NCBI GenBank assembly: GCA_946415315.1
Contig: CAMKRZ010000006.1
Coordinates: 4,168 to 68,167, forward strand
DNA: 64,000 nt
Direction of reading: 5' to 3'
Origin: an uncultured Lachnoclostridium sp.
GTDB lineage: Bacteria; Bacillota; Clostridia; Lachnospirales; Lachnospiraceae
A model generated the notes under the pieces. The model saw only the letters and a list, made by a program, of their open reading frames with translations, had not been told where the DNA came from and did no database searches. The translations under genes were made by a program, and so were the position numbers. Numbering within the stretch: position 1 is the first letter of the stretch; each line of letters begins with the position of its first letter. This document shows, piece by piece, positions 1 to 9,836 of the stretch.

Positions 1-3000
1 CTCACTGCCTTCACGGGTTCTTCCGTCGCTGCAGCAGGCTTGTCTTTCTTTCTTCCGAACATTGTGGAAATCAGGAAATCGTTATAACTGCCGGTCGGCT
101 TCGTTTCCTCTTCCGTCTCTTTCTTAACCGGTTCCGGAGCAGGTGCCGTCTCTGCCGGCTTCACAGATTTCTCCGGCTCTGCGGCAGTCTTCTTGCCTCT
201 TCCGGAGAACAGTGCTGCAAGAATGTCAGCGTTGGCATTGCCCGAAGTGCTCTTCGGCTCCTCTTCCGCAGGCGTCTCGGCAACCGGCTCTTCCGCAACA
301 GCCTCAACTTCCTCGGCAACCGGCTCTTCCGCTACAGCCTCAACGGCCTCAGCAACCGGTTCTTCCGCAACGGCCTCAACTGCCTCCGCTGCAACTTCCT
401 CGACAGCCTCTGCGATCTCAGGCTCAGCCACGATCGCCGCTTCCTCTGTCGGAATCTCGATACCGGGAACCGCCATCAGCTTGATGGGCTCCTCCGCGAA
501 CTCTTCTTCCGCCGGTGCCTCTGCAACCGGCTCTTCTGCCGCGGGCTCAATCGCCTCTGCCGCGACCTCCGCGGTCACTTCCTCAGCCTCTGCCGCAACC
601 TCCCCGATCGCAGCCTCGGTCTCCGCAACAACCGCTTCCGCCTCCTCGGCGGGTGCCGTAATATCAATACCCGGAACTGCCATCAGTTTGATGGGTTCCT
701 CTGCAAATTCTTCCGTGAACGCCTCAGCAACCGGCTCCTCTGCCGCCTCAGCCGTCTCCTCGATGGCTTCCGCAACAGCCTCGGCAACCGGCTCCTCAAC
801 TGCCGTAAACTCAGGTTCCGCAAAGATTGCTTCCGGCTCCGCAACAGGTGCCGGCGTCTCAATATTCGGAACCGCCATCAGCTTGATGGGTTCCTCCGCA
901 AACTCTTCCTCTGCAACAGGCGCCTCAGCAAACGGCTCGTATCCGACCTGTGCTTCCGCAAATGCCTCCGCCTCGTCGGCAGGTGCTGCCGCTTCTGCTG
1001 CGAACGGTTCAGGCTCCGCTGCCGCGATGCCCGCCTGCTGATGCATGCTGAGCGCCTTGATGTTGTTCGTCAACTCCGCAGTGGTTTCCAGGAGCCGTCC
1101 GTACATCTCCGTCATGCGCATATAATTTTGCGCAAGAGCCGCGATGTTCTTCTCGTCCTCCTCAAGACGGTTCGCAACATATTCTTCCCAGTTGCTCTCC
1201 TCGTGAACAACCTTGCGCTCGGTTACGATCGTCTTGGTGTAGTAGTCCTTGTAAGTCAGTCTTGTACCGAAGACTAAGAACATCACCAGCCCGAGTCCTA
1301 ACATCATCAGGCAGGACTTGTCGTCCTTCAGCATGTCGATCTTCACGATGTCAAATGTTGTGAGAACACCGACCACCATCGCAGCCACCGAGAGACACAT
1401 TCCGATGACAGCGAAGACGCTCACCTTTCTGCGATACATGAGTTTCTGATCGCGATCGGTGATCACCTCCTCCTTCAGCACCTTCTGCAGGCGGCTTCCG
1501 GATACCGGTGTGACAGGCACCGTGAGGATCGGCTCATCCGTTGCAACCTTCTCGGCTGCCTCGCGAACACGGTTCTGTGTCCCCTTGCCCTTGGCGGCGA
1601 AAGCGGACGATCCGCTGTCAACCGCTTCCCCCGGTGTCTCCTCAAGTTCATCATATACGGTCTTGCGACCGGGCTTCTTGGAAAATGCCGTAGCTGCCGC
1701 TGCTGCTGCCGCTGCCTCGGTCACCGTCTTGGAAACCTTCTTCTCGGCTTCAACAGCCTTCCCGGCTGCGCTGACGGCTTTATCTGCTGCATCAGCAGCC
1801 TTATCAGCTGCATCCGCTGCGGTGTCTGTCGCGGCCTCCACTGCTGCTTCCGCAGTCTCCGTCACGGTGTCCGCTTCTGCTGCAATATCCGCAACATTTT
1901 CCGCTGTTTCTTCTATAATGTTATCGCCTGTCTCTTCCCACTCCGCTTTCGGCGCTTCCAGAGGCTTGGCCTCCTGCACCGGTTCCACGTAAGGAGCGTA
2001 GATGGCTTCATCTGCCTTGATCGCATCCGCCTGCGCGATCGGGTCCTCGGTACGGTTCAGAAGACCTCTCTCCGCAAGGAGCTGTGCCAGGGTCTTCTCC
2101 TCGGCCGGCGTATCATCCGCCACAGGTGCTTCATACTGTACAACTTCCACCCCGGGCTCTGCCGCAAATATATGGTCCTCCGCCGGTTTCTTCGCAGCGG
2201 TGCGATTCTTCGCCGCATCCGGTTTCGCTGTTTCCCGGCCTCTTCTCTCCCCGATCTCGCCGACGAGGTTCATCTCCTCCTCAAATGTCGGCCCGTTCGC
2301 AGTCATCTCGGCGATCCGGCGGTTTGCCTCATCCAGGGATTCCATCCCTTCGGTTTCTCCGCCGATTGTCTCCGCAACCGGTTCCGCCGCATCAGCGGAA
2401 ACTGCTTCCGAAGCTTTCTTCGCATTTTCCTCAGTCGGACGAATGAGTGCCCAGTTTACGGTCTTGCCATCCGACTTCGGTTCCTTAGCATCCGACCCCT
2501 GTTTGCGTCCGCCGGACTTGGCAGAACGATCATCCGCTGCGGATTTCGCGTCCTTGCCGGCCGCGCTGACTTCCGCCTGGAACGAATTGTCCAGAGATCC
2601 GGAAAACAGAACGATCGTCAGGAAGTATCCCGCCACCTGAACCAGACTGCTCAGGTCAAGGCAGTTGTCCGCCGCAAAGCAGGAATCTTTAATGACGAAC
2701 GGCGCCCGCTGCAGGAACGTCAGAACCGCTGTTCCGACCGCGGCAATAACCGCCAGAAGGATCAGCAGCTCCTTCGCAGGAATCTTCCCGGGCATCAGGT
2801 TGGTCACGGTCATAATAAACCACCACGACACAAGAATAATACCGATCAGGATGATCCACTGCTCCGTGGATATGGTGTTGTTCTGAATGCTCGGCATGTT
2901 TGTCAGAACCGCGCCGACAGCGTACAAAAGCGCGGGAATCGCCATGATTCCGACCGCCTTCTTGGCCGCGAACCACAGAAACAGTACCATCAGGACAATT

Positions 3001-3215
3001 CCGCCGAACATCAGGCACCAGCCGATCCAGGGCATGGTGTCAAGGGCGTTGCCGTCAATGTCGGCCTGCGGGTTCAGGATCCTCGGCACAAAGCGCATCT
3101 GCTCCATCGTCACACGAAGGAACACGGCAAAAGAGGCCGCAGTTGCAAGCGCTATGATCGACGCGAGCAACGGCATCCAGGAGCCGGGTGAAACGCGAAG
3201 TTTCTTCTTAATCAT
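1..3215 (-). CDS. Partial membrane protein, 3' end cut by the window edge. It has an N-terminal multi-TM region, a long acidic Glu/Ala/Val/Pro-rich low-complexity region, an internal TM segment and three ~200-bp repeats.
   Basis: Absent from the ORF track because it has no stop inside the window. Hand translation of the minus strand from ATG 3215-3213 (GGAGG about 10 nt upstream) stays open to position 1: MIKKKLRVSPGSWMPLLASIIALATAASFAVFLRV... The motif (F)AEEPIKLMAVP(N/G)I(E/D) occurs three times. The plus-strand SSATAS-type ORFs (193..1041, 1459..1992, 2002..2640) are its antisense shadows. Confidence 0.6.
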   Translation of the reverse strand, partial: MIKKKLRVSPGSWMPLLASIIALATAASFAVFLRVTMEQMRFVPRILNPQADIDGNALDTMPWIGWCLMFGGIVLMVLFLWFAAKKAVGIMAIPALLYAVGAVLTNMPSIQNNTISTEQWIILIGIILVSWWFIMTVTNLMPGKIPAKELLILLAVIAAVGTAVLTFLQRAPFVIKDSCFAADNCLDLSSLVQVAGYFLTIVLFSGSLDNSFQAEVSAAGKDAKSAADDRSAKSGGRKQGSDAKEPKSDGKTVNWALIRPTEENAKKASEAVSADAAEPVAETIGGETEGMESLDEANRRIAEMTANGPTFEEEMNLVGEIGERRGRETAKPDAAKNRTAAKKPAEDHIFAAEPGVEVVQYEAPVADDTPAEEKTLAQLLAERGLLNRTEDPIAQADAIKADEAIYAPYVEPVQEAKPLEAPKAEWEETGDNIIEETAENVADIAAEADTVTETAEAAVEAATDTAADAADKAADAADKAVSAAGKAVEAEKKVSKTVTEAAAAAAAATAFSKKPGRKTVYDELEETPGEAVDSGSSAFAAKGKGTQNRVREAAEKVATDEPILTVPVTPVSGSRLQKVLKEEVITDRDQKLMYRRKVSVFAVIGMCLSVAAMVVGVLTTFDIVKIDMLKDDKSCLMMLGLGLVMFLVFGTRLTYKDYYTKTIVTERKVVHEESNWEEYVANRLEEDEKNIAALAQNYMRMTEMYGRLLETTAELTNNIKALSMHQQAGIAAAEPEPFAAEAAAPADEAEAFAEAQVGYEPFAEAPVAEEEFAEEPIKLMAVPNIETPAPVAEPEAIFAEPEFTAVEEPVAEAVAEAIEETAEAAEEPVAEAFTEEFAEEPIKLMAVPGIDITAPAEEAEAVVAETEAAIGEVAAEAEEVTAEVAAEAIEPAAEEPVAEAPAEEEFAEEPIKLMAVPGIEIPTEEAAIVAEPEIAEAVEEVAAEAVEAVAEEPVAEAVEAVAEEPVAEEVEAVAEEPVAETPAEEEPKSTSGNANADILAALFSGRGKKTAAEPEKSVKPAETAPAPEPVKKETEEETKPTGSYNDFLISTMFGRKKDKPAAATEEPVKAV

Positions 3216-3462
3216 ATCGAAACTACCTCCTCTTCCTGCGAACAGCCACGCCTTATTCCGGCCTGCCGCGCACCATTTTGCTGCGCTTTCCGGGATTTTC
3301 AGGCGAGGGGTTTCGGTTATAGTTCGGGATTATAGGTTATTATAACACGCACGCGCGTAAAATGCACCCACTATTTGGCAAAAAGCGCAGTTTTTCCCGT
3401 GAAAACAGCGATTTTTCGTCATTCCTGACAATAAATCATTCAAAAACCGTCAAAACAAGCTG

Positions 3463-3510
3463 AAAAACAAAGCACGGCACCGTTTCCTTCGCAGAAAGCC
3501 GGCGCCGTGC
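3463..3510 (-). terminator. Intrinsic terminator downstream of the oxidoreductase operon
   Basis: Minus strand reads GCACGGCGCCG-(loop)-CGGUGCCGUGC followed by UUUGUUUUU. It lies about 130 nt after the stop at 3637. Confidence 0.7.
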
Positions 3511-3636
3511 CATTCATTTTTGCTTTGTTCGACAACACTAGAATGCTGTCTCCCGTGTTTCCGCCGAAACCGGACCAAAATCTGGTTTTTCCCTGTTTCA
3601 TGCAGAACTACTTATGTAGAAAATGTCTGTTTTCCA

Positions 3637-4176
3637 TCAATCCTGATAGTCGAAGCCCATCTGGATCGCCTTCGCGTTGAGATCCTTGAGATCCTGATGA
3701 CGGGCGCTGACGATCTTCTCGATGATCTTGCCGATATTTTCCGTGGAGATGATACCGGTCTCCTTGATCATCTTGCCGACGAGGATCATGTTCGCGAGCG
3801 TGGGCATTCCGTTGTCCGCAGCGAGCTTGGTCGCCGGAACACCGTACGCCGTAACGTCGGTTCTCTCGATGGGACGCGTGATCAGCGTCGAATCATAGAA
3901 GATCTTGCCGCCGGGCACTACTGCCGGCTCATATTTGTCGAGGGACGGAAGGTTCATGACCACGAGGATGTCGGGGTTCGTAACAATCGGGGATCCGATG
4001 ATCTCATCGCTGAACACGACGCTGCAGCTCGCGGTACCGCCACGCATCTCAGGACCGTAGGAAGGAAGCCAGCTGACCTGCTTATCGGAGATCAGTCCGT
4101 CGTAAGCGCAGAATTTGCCGGAGAACAGAATACCCTGTCCGCCGAAGCCTGCAAAAAGCATACCGGTCTGTGCCAT
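3637..4176 (-). CDS. 2-oxoacid:ferredoxin oxidoreductase, gamma subunit
   Basis: [21 protein letters not shown]... is a typical OFOR gamma N-terminus. I chose the start at ATG 4176 because the longer track ORF (to 4308) overlaps the beta gene. It is the last gene of a delta-alpha-beta-gamma set. Confidence 0.9.
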   Translation of the reverse strand: MAQTGMLFAGFGGQGILFSGKFCAYDGLISDKQVSWLPSYGPEMRGGTASCSVVFSDEIIGSPIVTNPDILVVMNLPSLDKYEPAVVPGGKIFYDSTLITRPIERTDVTAYGVPATKLAADNGMPTLANMILVGKMIKETGIISTENIGKIIEKIVSARHQDLKDLNAKAIQMGFDYQD

Positions 4177-4177
4177 A

Positions 4178-4935
<758 letters not shown>

Positions 4936-4936
<1 letters not shown>

Positions 4937-6003
4937 TACTGCTCACCTCCTAACTTATTGGCCGCAAGGATCTGCTCGAGCACCTGCTCGGGAGTCGGGA
5001 TACAGCCGCCTACGCGGTTTGCCATGAGGATCGGTCTCTTGCAACGCGTTGCAAGCTCTACGTCCTCGACCATCTGACCCATGTTAAGCTCAACCGTAAC
5101 GAAGGACTTCACCTTGTCCGCAGCAGCGAGCAGCGGCTTCTTCGGGAACGGCCAGAGCGTGATCGGACGGATCATACCGACCTTGACGCCCTGCGCGCGA
5201 GCCGCCTTGATGGCGTTACGCGAAACGCGGGATGCGATACCGAATGCGACAACGCACACATCGGCGTCGTCCATCATGTACTCTTCCCACATGGGCTCAT
5301 TTTCCTCAATCGTAGCGTATCTCTTATAACGCTCGATGTTCCACTGCTCCAGCTCTTCCGGAAGCAGCGAAAGCGAGTTGATGATGTTGTGCTTTCTCTC
5401 GCAGTTCGTGCCGGTCAGCGCCCACGACTTGTCGTGATCCTCAACCGTGATGCCCTCGATGGAGACGGGCTCCATCATCTGCCCAAGAGTACCGTCGGCA
5501 AGGAGCATCGCCGGAACGCGATATTTCTCGGCTACGTTAAATGCGTGCGCCGTGAGGCTTACCATCTCCTGCACGCTCGCGGGAGCCACTACGAAGAGGT
5601 GATAGTCACCGTGTCCGCCGCCGCGCGTCGCCTGGAAATAGTCGGACTGGGACGGCTGGATACCGCCGAGGCCCGGGCCGCCGCGCTCCACGTTAACGAT
5701 GAGTGCCGGAAGGTCGCAGCCTGCCATGTAGCTGATGCCCTCTTCCTTCAGAGAGATTCCGGGGCTGCTGGAGCTCGTCATAACTCTCTTGCCGGTGGAA
5801 GCAACGCCGATGCACATGTTGATGGCAGCGATCTCGCTCTCCGCCTGAAGGAATGTTCCGCCGATTTTGGGCATGCGCTTTGCCATGTATGCCGCCACCT
5901 CGGTCTGGGGTGTGATCGGATAGCCGAAGTAGAATCTGCAGCCTGCCATAATGGCGGCTTCCGCGATCGCTTCGTTACCCTTCATCAAAACCTTGTCTGC
6001 CAT
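4936..6003 (-). CDS. 2-oxoacid:ferredoxin oxidoreductase, alpha subunit
   Basis: 355 aa starting MKGNEAIAEAAIMAGCRFYFGYPITPQTE, the conserved OFOR alpha N-terminus. There is a 1-nt overlap with the beta gene. Confidence 0.92.
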
Positions 6004-6007
6004 GTCC

Positions 6008-6217
6008 TTAACCCCTTTCTACCGTGATTACGCAATCCGGGCACATCGTCGCGCAAAATGCGCACGCGATGCATTGGGACTGGTCGACCATCTCTGCCGG
6101 ATGATGACCCTTCGCGTTGATGACCGTCTCGGACATCCGAAGAATCTTCTTCGGGCAGGCGGCAACGCAGAGTCCGCAGCCCTTGCAGAGATCCGTGTTG
6201 AATGTTACCTTGTTCAT
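6008..6217 (-). CDS. 2-oxoacid:ferredoxin oxidoreductase, delta subunit (2x[4Fe-4S] ferredoxin)
   Basis: 69 aa with two CxxCxxCxxxCP motifs (CKGCGLCVAACP and CIACAFCATMCP). Confidence 0.9.
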   Translation of the reverse strand: MNKVTFNTDLCKGCGLCVAACPKKILRMSETVINAKGHHPAEMVDQSQCIACAFCATMCPDCVITVERG

Positions 6218-6235
6218 ACAAAAACCTCCCTGTGC

Positions 6236-6910
6236 TTAGTCGTTCCAAAGCCGTTTGTCCTGCAGATGCAGCGGTACCACATCCGGCAGAACCTCCGCTA
6301 CCTCCCCGGCGATCTCCGCTTTCACGGTCGTCATCCGGATCGGCAGACCTGTCGCCGCGGCGATATCCTTCGCGTACTTATCGGAAGCGATCACATCCTC
6401 GGGCGTTGTCTCACGTCCCAGGTTTGAGTTGTTCACGATGCCCGTGAAAGGAAGCCCGCCTGCGGCCTCTATCTCACGCATGACCTCCAGGGTACTCGCG
6501 GTATCCGGAGTCAGCGGACGATACTTGTTGATGACGAGGAGCATGTCGTAATCATTCTCCTCCAAAATGAACGGGGTGTATCTCCCGAGAGCCAAAGCTC
6601 CGCGGTCGTCCCCGCCGATGTCCACGATCGCATGGCGCGATTTGACATCCACGATGGAATACAGTTCCTGCGGCAGCGCGGGCACATCCACGTTCGAGTT
6701 CGCGTACTCCGAGCTGATCAGCGGGATCCCCGCAGCCTTGAGTTCTTCCTCGCTGTCCTTCGTGCGGTAGTACGGATTGACAATGTCGAGGTCGGCGATC
6801 ACAACATCCTCGCCGCTCTTCTTGAGCATCATCGCGAGATTCACGGCGATGTTCGTCTTGCCGCTGCCGTAGTGCCCGGCCATAAGCGTTAAGCGTTTAA
6901 ACTTCATCAT
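6236..6910 (-). CDS. P-loop NTPase (MinD/ParA/CooC-like SIMIBI class), function unknown
   Basis: 224 aa with Walker A GHYGSGKT near the N-terminus and a DIGGDD Walker-B-like motif. It sits between the acyl-CoA synthetase fusion and the OFOR delta gene. Confidence 0.75.
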   Translation of the reverse strand: MMKFKRLTLMAGHYGSGKTNIAVNLAMMLKKSGEDVVIADLDIVNPYYRTKDSEEELKAAGIPLISSEYANSNVDVPALPQELYSIVDVKSRHAIVDIGGDDRGALALGRYTPFILEENDYDMLLVINKYRPLTPDTASTLEVMREIEAAGGLPFTGIVNNSNLGRETTPEDVIASDKYAKDIAAATGLPIRMTTVKAEIAGEVAEVLPDVVPLHLQDKRLWND

Positions 6911-6986
6911 GCCACCTTAACCTACTAAATATACTCTTTCCCTACGGAAAATGCAAGTGACAAAAGAACCGTTCACCGACGTTCCA

Positions 6987-9254
6987 TCAGAGCTTATTAC
7001 GTTGAATCTTACCACTAATGGTCTTCGGCAGCTCATCCATGAAGACGACGATACGAGGATACTTGTAAGGCGCGGTGTGCGTCTTGACGTAGTCCTGGAT
7101 CTCCTTCTTGAGCTCTTCGGTGCCGACCGTGCCCTTCGTGAGCACGATGCTGGCCTTGACGACCTGTCCGCGGACAGGATCCGGAGCAGCGCTTACGCCG
7201 CACTCGAGGACATACGGAAGCTCCATGATGACGCTCTCGATCTCGAACGGTCCGATGCGGTAGCCGGAGGATTTGATGACGTCGTCCTTGCGGCCGACAT
7301 ACCAGTAGAAACCGTCCTCATCCTTCCACGCAACGTCACCGGTGTGGTAGATACCGTCGTGCCATGCTTCCTTCGTGAGATCCTCACCGCGGTAGTAACC
7401 GAGGTAGAGACCGCACGGAACGTTGGGCTCGGTGTAGATGCAGATCTCGCCGTTCTCACCGATCGGCACGGGCTTGTCGTCATCGCCGAGGATGTCGACA
7501 TGGTACTGCGGTGTGGGCTTGCCCATGGAACCGAGCTTGTGCTCCTCGCCGTAAAGGTTACCGATGACGAGCGTCGTCTCGGTCTGCCCGAAACCTTCCA
7601 TGACGCGAAGGCCGGTATTTTCCTTGAATACTTTGTAAACTTCGGGGTTAAGCGCCTCGCCTGCGGTCGTCGCATGAACGATTGAGGAGAGGTCGTATTT
7701 GCTGATGTCCTCCTTGATCAGCATGCGGTACATGGTGGGCGGTGCGCAAAATGTCGTGATATGGTACTGCGCAAACATCGGAAGAATGTCCTCCGCATGG
7801 AAGCGGTCGAAGTCGTACACGAAGATCGGCGCCTCGCACAGCCACTGGCCGTAGAGTTTGCCCCACAGAGCCTTGCCCCAGCCGGTGTCGGAGATGGTCA
7901 GGTGCAGACCGTCGGGGTCAACCTGATGCCAGTATTTGGCGGTTACATAATGGCCGAGCGCGTAGAGGTAGCTGTGGCTTGCGATCTTCGGGTAGCCGGT
8001 CGTGCCGGACGTGAAGAACATGACCATGGGATCCTGACCCTGTGCGCTGTCCTCCGTGCGATCGAAGTGCGAGCTGTAGAGCGTGTATTCGTCGTCAAAT
8101 GTTCTCCATCCCTCGCGGGTGCCGTTGACTGCGATCTTGATCTCGACCGTCGGGCTCGTTGTTGCAGCGATGTCCGCCTGCTCCGCGGTGCTGCCTGTCA
8201 TGGTGCAAAGGATTGCCTTCACTCCTGCGGACTGGAAACGATACTCAAAGTCATGCGCGAGAAGCTGGTTCGTCGCGGGGATCGCGATCGCGCCGAGCTT
8301 GTGCAGCGCAAGCATCGAGATCCAGAACTGGTAGTGGCGGCGAAGAACGAGCATGACACGGTCGCCCTTCTTGATGCCTAAGGACTTGAAATAGTTTGCG
8401 CACTGGTTGCTCTTGCGGCGCAGGTCCTCAAACGTGAAGCGGCGCTCCACCTTGTTGACATCGAGGTGGATCATCGCAAGTTTCTCGGGGTTCTTGCGCG
8501 CGATGCCGTCAACGATATCAAACGCAAAGTTGAATTTGTCGGTGTCCACGAAATCGATGTTCTTGAGGCGGCCCTTCTCATCCTCGTCGCAGCGGACGAA
8601 TTTGTCGCTGACGAAGCTGCGCTTTGCGGTGTGGCCGGTCACAAGCGTGTCGGTCACATCCTTCTCTGCGGTGTCCGTATCCGGAAGAACCACGGCGAGG
8701 AACGTCACATCCTGCTCGTTGATGGCGATCATACCGTGAGGCGTGGAGCTCTTGTAGAAAATGCTGTCACCCTCGCGAAGGATCTCGACATGGTCACCGA
8801 CCTGCACCTTCATGCAGCCCTTGAGCACGAGGTCGAACTCCTGGCCGGAGTGCGTCGTCGTGTGGATCGGCTTCTTCTGCTGCTCAGCCGAGTACTCGTA
8901 GCGAACCCAGTAGGGCTCGGCAAGTTTGTTCTTGAACATCGGCGCGAGGTTCTTGATCAGGATGCCCTGCTCCTCCGCCGTAACCTGGCCCTTGCCGTTT
9001 CTCGTCACCGTGTAGGACGAAAGCTTGGCCGTGTGGCCCTCGGTGATTGCCGAAAGTTCTACATGAAATGCCTGCGTACACTTGTGAATAAAGGTGAAGG
9101 GAAGGTCTTCCTTGCCTTCCTCATACGAGAGGTACTGTGCCTCACTAACTTCCGTCAGAACCGCTGCCTCAGCAACGCTCATACCGGCGATCTCGCGCAG
9201 CTCGCGGATACGCGCTGCAACTTCCTTCAACTTGCTGTCGACTGTCTCGTTCAT
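6987..9254 (-). CDS. Fusion protein: XRE-type HTH + cupin domain + AMP-forming acyl-CoA synthetase (medium/short-chain ACSM-like)
   Basis: Start chosen at ATG 9254 (caGGAGGacaatcccaATG); the longer track ORF runs through the T-box leader. The N-terminus IRELREIAGMSVAEAAVLTEVSEAQYLSYEEGK is an HTH. HSGQEFDLVLKGCMKVQVGDHVEILREGDSIFY is a cupin. It is followed by FFTSGTTGYPK, YGQTE, GDVAWKDEDGFYWYVGRKDD and PKTISGKIQR AMP-binding motifs. Confidence 0.88.
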   Translation of the reverse strand: MNETVDSKLKEVAARIRELREIAGMSVAEAAVLTEVSEAQYLSYEEGKEDLPFTFIHKCTQAFHVELSAITEGHTAKLSSYTVTRNGKGQVTAEEQGILIKNLAPMFKNKLAEPYWVRYEYSAEQQKKPIHTTTHSGQEFDLVLKGCMKVQVGDHVEILREGDSIFYKSSTPHGMIAINEQDVTFLAVVLPDTDTAEKDVTDTLVTGHTAKRSFVSDKFVRCDEDEKGRLKNIDFVDTDKFNFAFDIVDGIARKNPEKLAMIHLDVNKVERRFTFEDLRRKSNQCANYFKSLGIKKGDRVMLVLRRHYQFWISMLALHKLGAIAIPATNQLLAHDFEYRFQSAGVKAILCTMTGSTAEQADIAATTSPTVEIKIAVNGTREGWRTFDDEYTLYSSHFDRTEDSAQGQDPMVMFFTSGTTGYPKIASHSYLYALGHYVTAKYWHQVDPDGLHLTISDTGWGKALWGKLYGQWLCEAPIFVYDFDRFHAEDILPMFAQYHITTFCAPPTMYRMLIKEDISKYDLSSIVHATTAGEALNPEVYKVFKENTGLRVMEGFGQTETTLVIGNLYGEEHKLGSMGKPTPQYHVDILGDDDKPVPIGENGEICIYTEPNVPCGLYLGYYRGEDLTKEAWHDGIYHTGDVAWKDEDGFYWYVGRKDDVIKSSGYRIGPFEIESVIMELPYVLECGVSAAPDPVRGQVVKASIVLTKGTVGTEELKKEIQDYVKTHTAPYKYPRIVVFMDELPKTISGKIQRNKL

Positions 9255-9330
9255 TGGGATTGTCCTCCTGTCATTAGTGAATGATGCAACACGGATTGCT
9301 TCGTTGCTACGCAACTCCCGCAATCCTGTG

Positions 9331-9385
9331 AACACTCGCAATCCGCTCAATTTGCCTGCGGCAAATTGAGCGGATTGCGAGTGTT
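9331..9385. repeat. Perfect 25-bp inverted repeat (hairpin) in the 5' UTR between the T-box terminator and the fusion gene
   Basis: AACACTCGCAATCCGCTCAATTTGC (9331..9355), ctgcg, then GCAAATTGAGCGGATTGCGAGTGTT (9361..9385). There is no U-tract on either strand. Confidence 0.85.
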
Positions 9386-9457
9386 CTTGCGCTCGGCGAT
9401 GTGTGCAGGCGAATCGTGCAAGCACGTTCGCCTGCGCATATCGCCTCACTGTTGCAT

Positions 9458-9725
9458 CAGAAAAGCTCGCCTCAAAGTTGCCTTTGAGACGAGCCATTAT
9501 AACCCGCGGTACCACTCAAATTGCGCTTTCGCGCCACTCAGGGACTCCATCAAGTCCGTTGCTCTCACGCGGCGTCACGGAATTCCTTACTGGCTGCGGC
9601 GCTCTAGCACCGAGGTTTCAGGTCTTCAGCTCGGAAGGGATGTGTCACTTGATGTTCTGCTGCCGGTTCACACCAACCACCGGCTCTCTGAAAGCTTCGA
9701 CATCGGACGGTCTTCGTCATCGCTT
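9458..9725 (-). promoter_or_regulatory. T-box leader (tRNA-sensing riboswitch) with intrinsic terminator
   Basis: Read on the minus strand. Elements: K-turn/GA motif GCGAUGACGAAG (9723..9712) with partner CUUCCGAGC; AG bulge AGAGAG (9689..9684); distal loop UGGUUGGUGUGAA (9679..9667); AGUAAGG (9591..9585) and CCGUGA (9580..9575), which are Stem II/F-box-like; T-box sequence GAGUGGUACCGCGG (9517..9504). The terminator is GCUCGUCUCAAAG-gcaa-CUUUGAGGCGAGC plus CUUUUCU (9494..9458). Confidence 0.85.
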
Positions 9726-9753
9726 TTACGCTTTATTCTGTTGAATTGTCCGC

Positions 9754-9782
9754 ATTGTAACGCTTTTCGAACGCATTGTCAA
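9754..9782 (-). promoter_or_regulatory. Sigma-70/SigA-type promoter feeding the T-box leader
   Basis: Minus strand TTGACA (9782..9777), 17-nt spacer, TACAAT (9759..9754). It lies about 25 nt upstream of the first T-box helix. Confidence 0.75.
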
Positions 9783-9836
9783 CAACTTTTTTTGCAAAGC
9801 TGCTTTTTCTCATTTTCGGAGCATTTTCCGCGGTGC

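Noticed and set aside
193-3191. Long plus-strand ORFs (193..1041, 1459..1992, 2002..2640, 2172..3191) with SSATAS/poly-Ala-Ser or Arg-rich translations
   Set aside because: They are antisense shadows of the acidic-repeat gene on the minus strand. They have no RBS and extreme low complexity, and they overlap one another in several frames.
9331-9385. The 25-bp perfect hairpin as an intrinsic terminator
   Set aside because: There is no U-tract on either strand. It is kept as a repeat/structure of unknown role instead.
9255-9515. N-terminal extension of track ORF 6987..9515 (MVPRVIMARLKGNF...)
   Set aside because: It runs through the T-box antiterminator/terminator and the structured spacer and has no RBS. 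An internal ATG at 9254 has a GGAGG RBS and begins the recognisable HTH domain.
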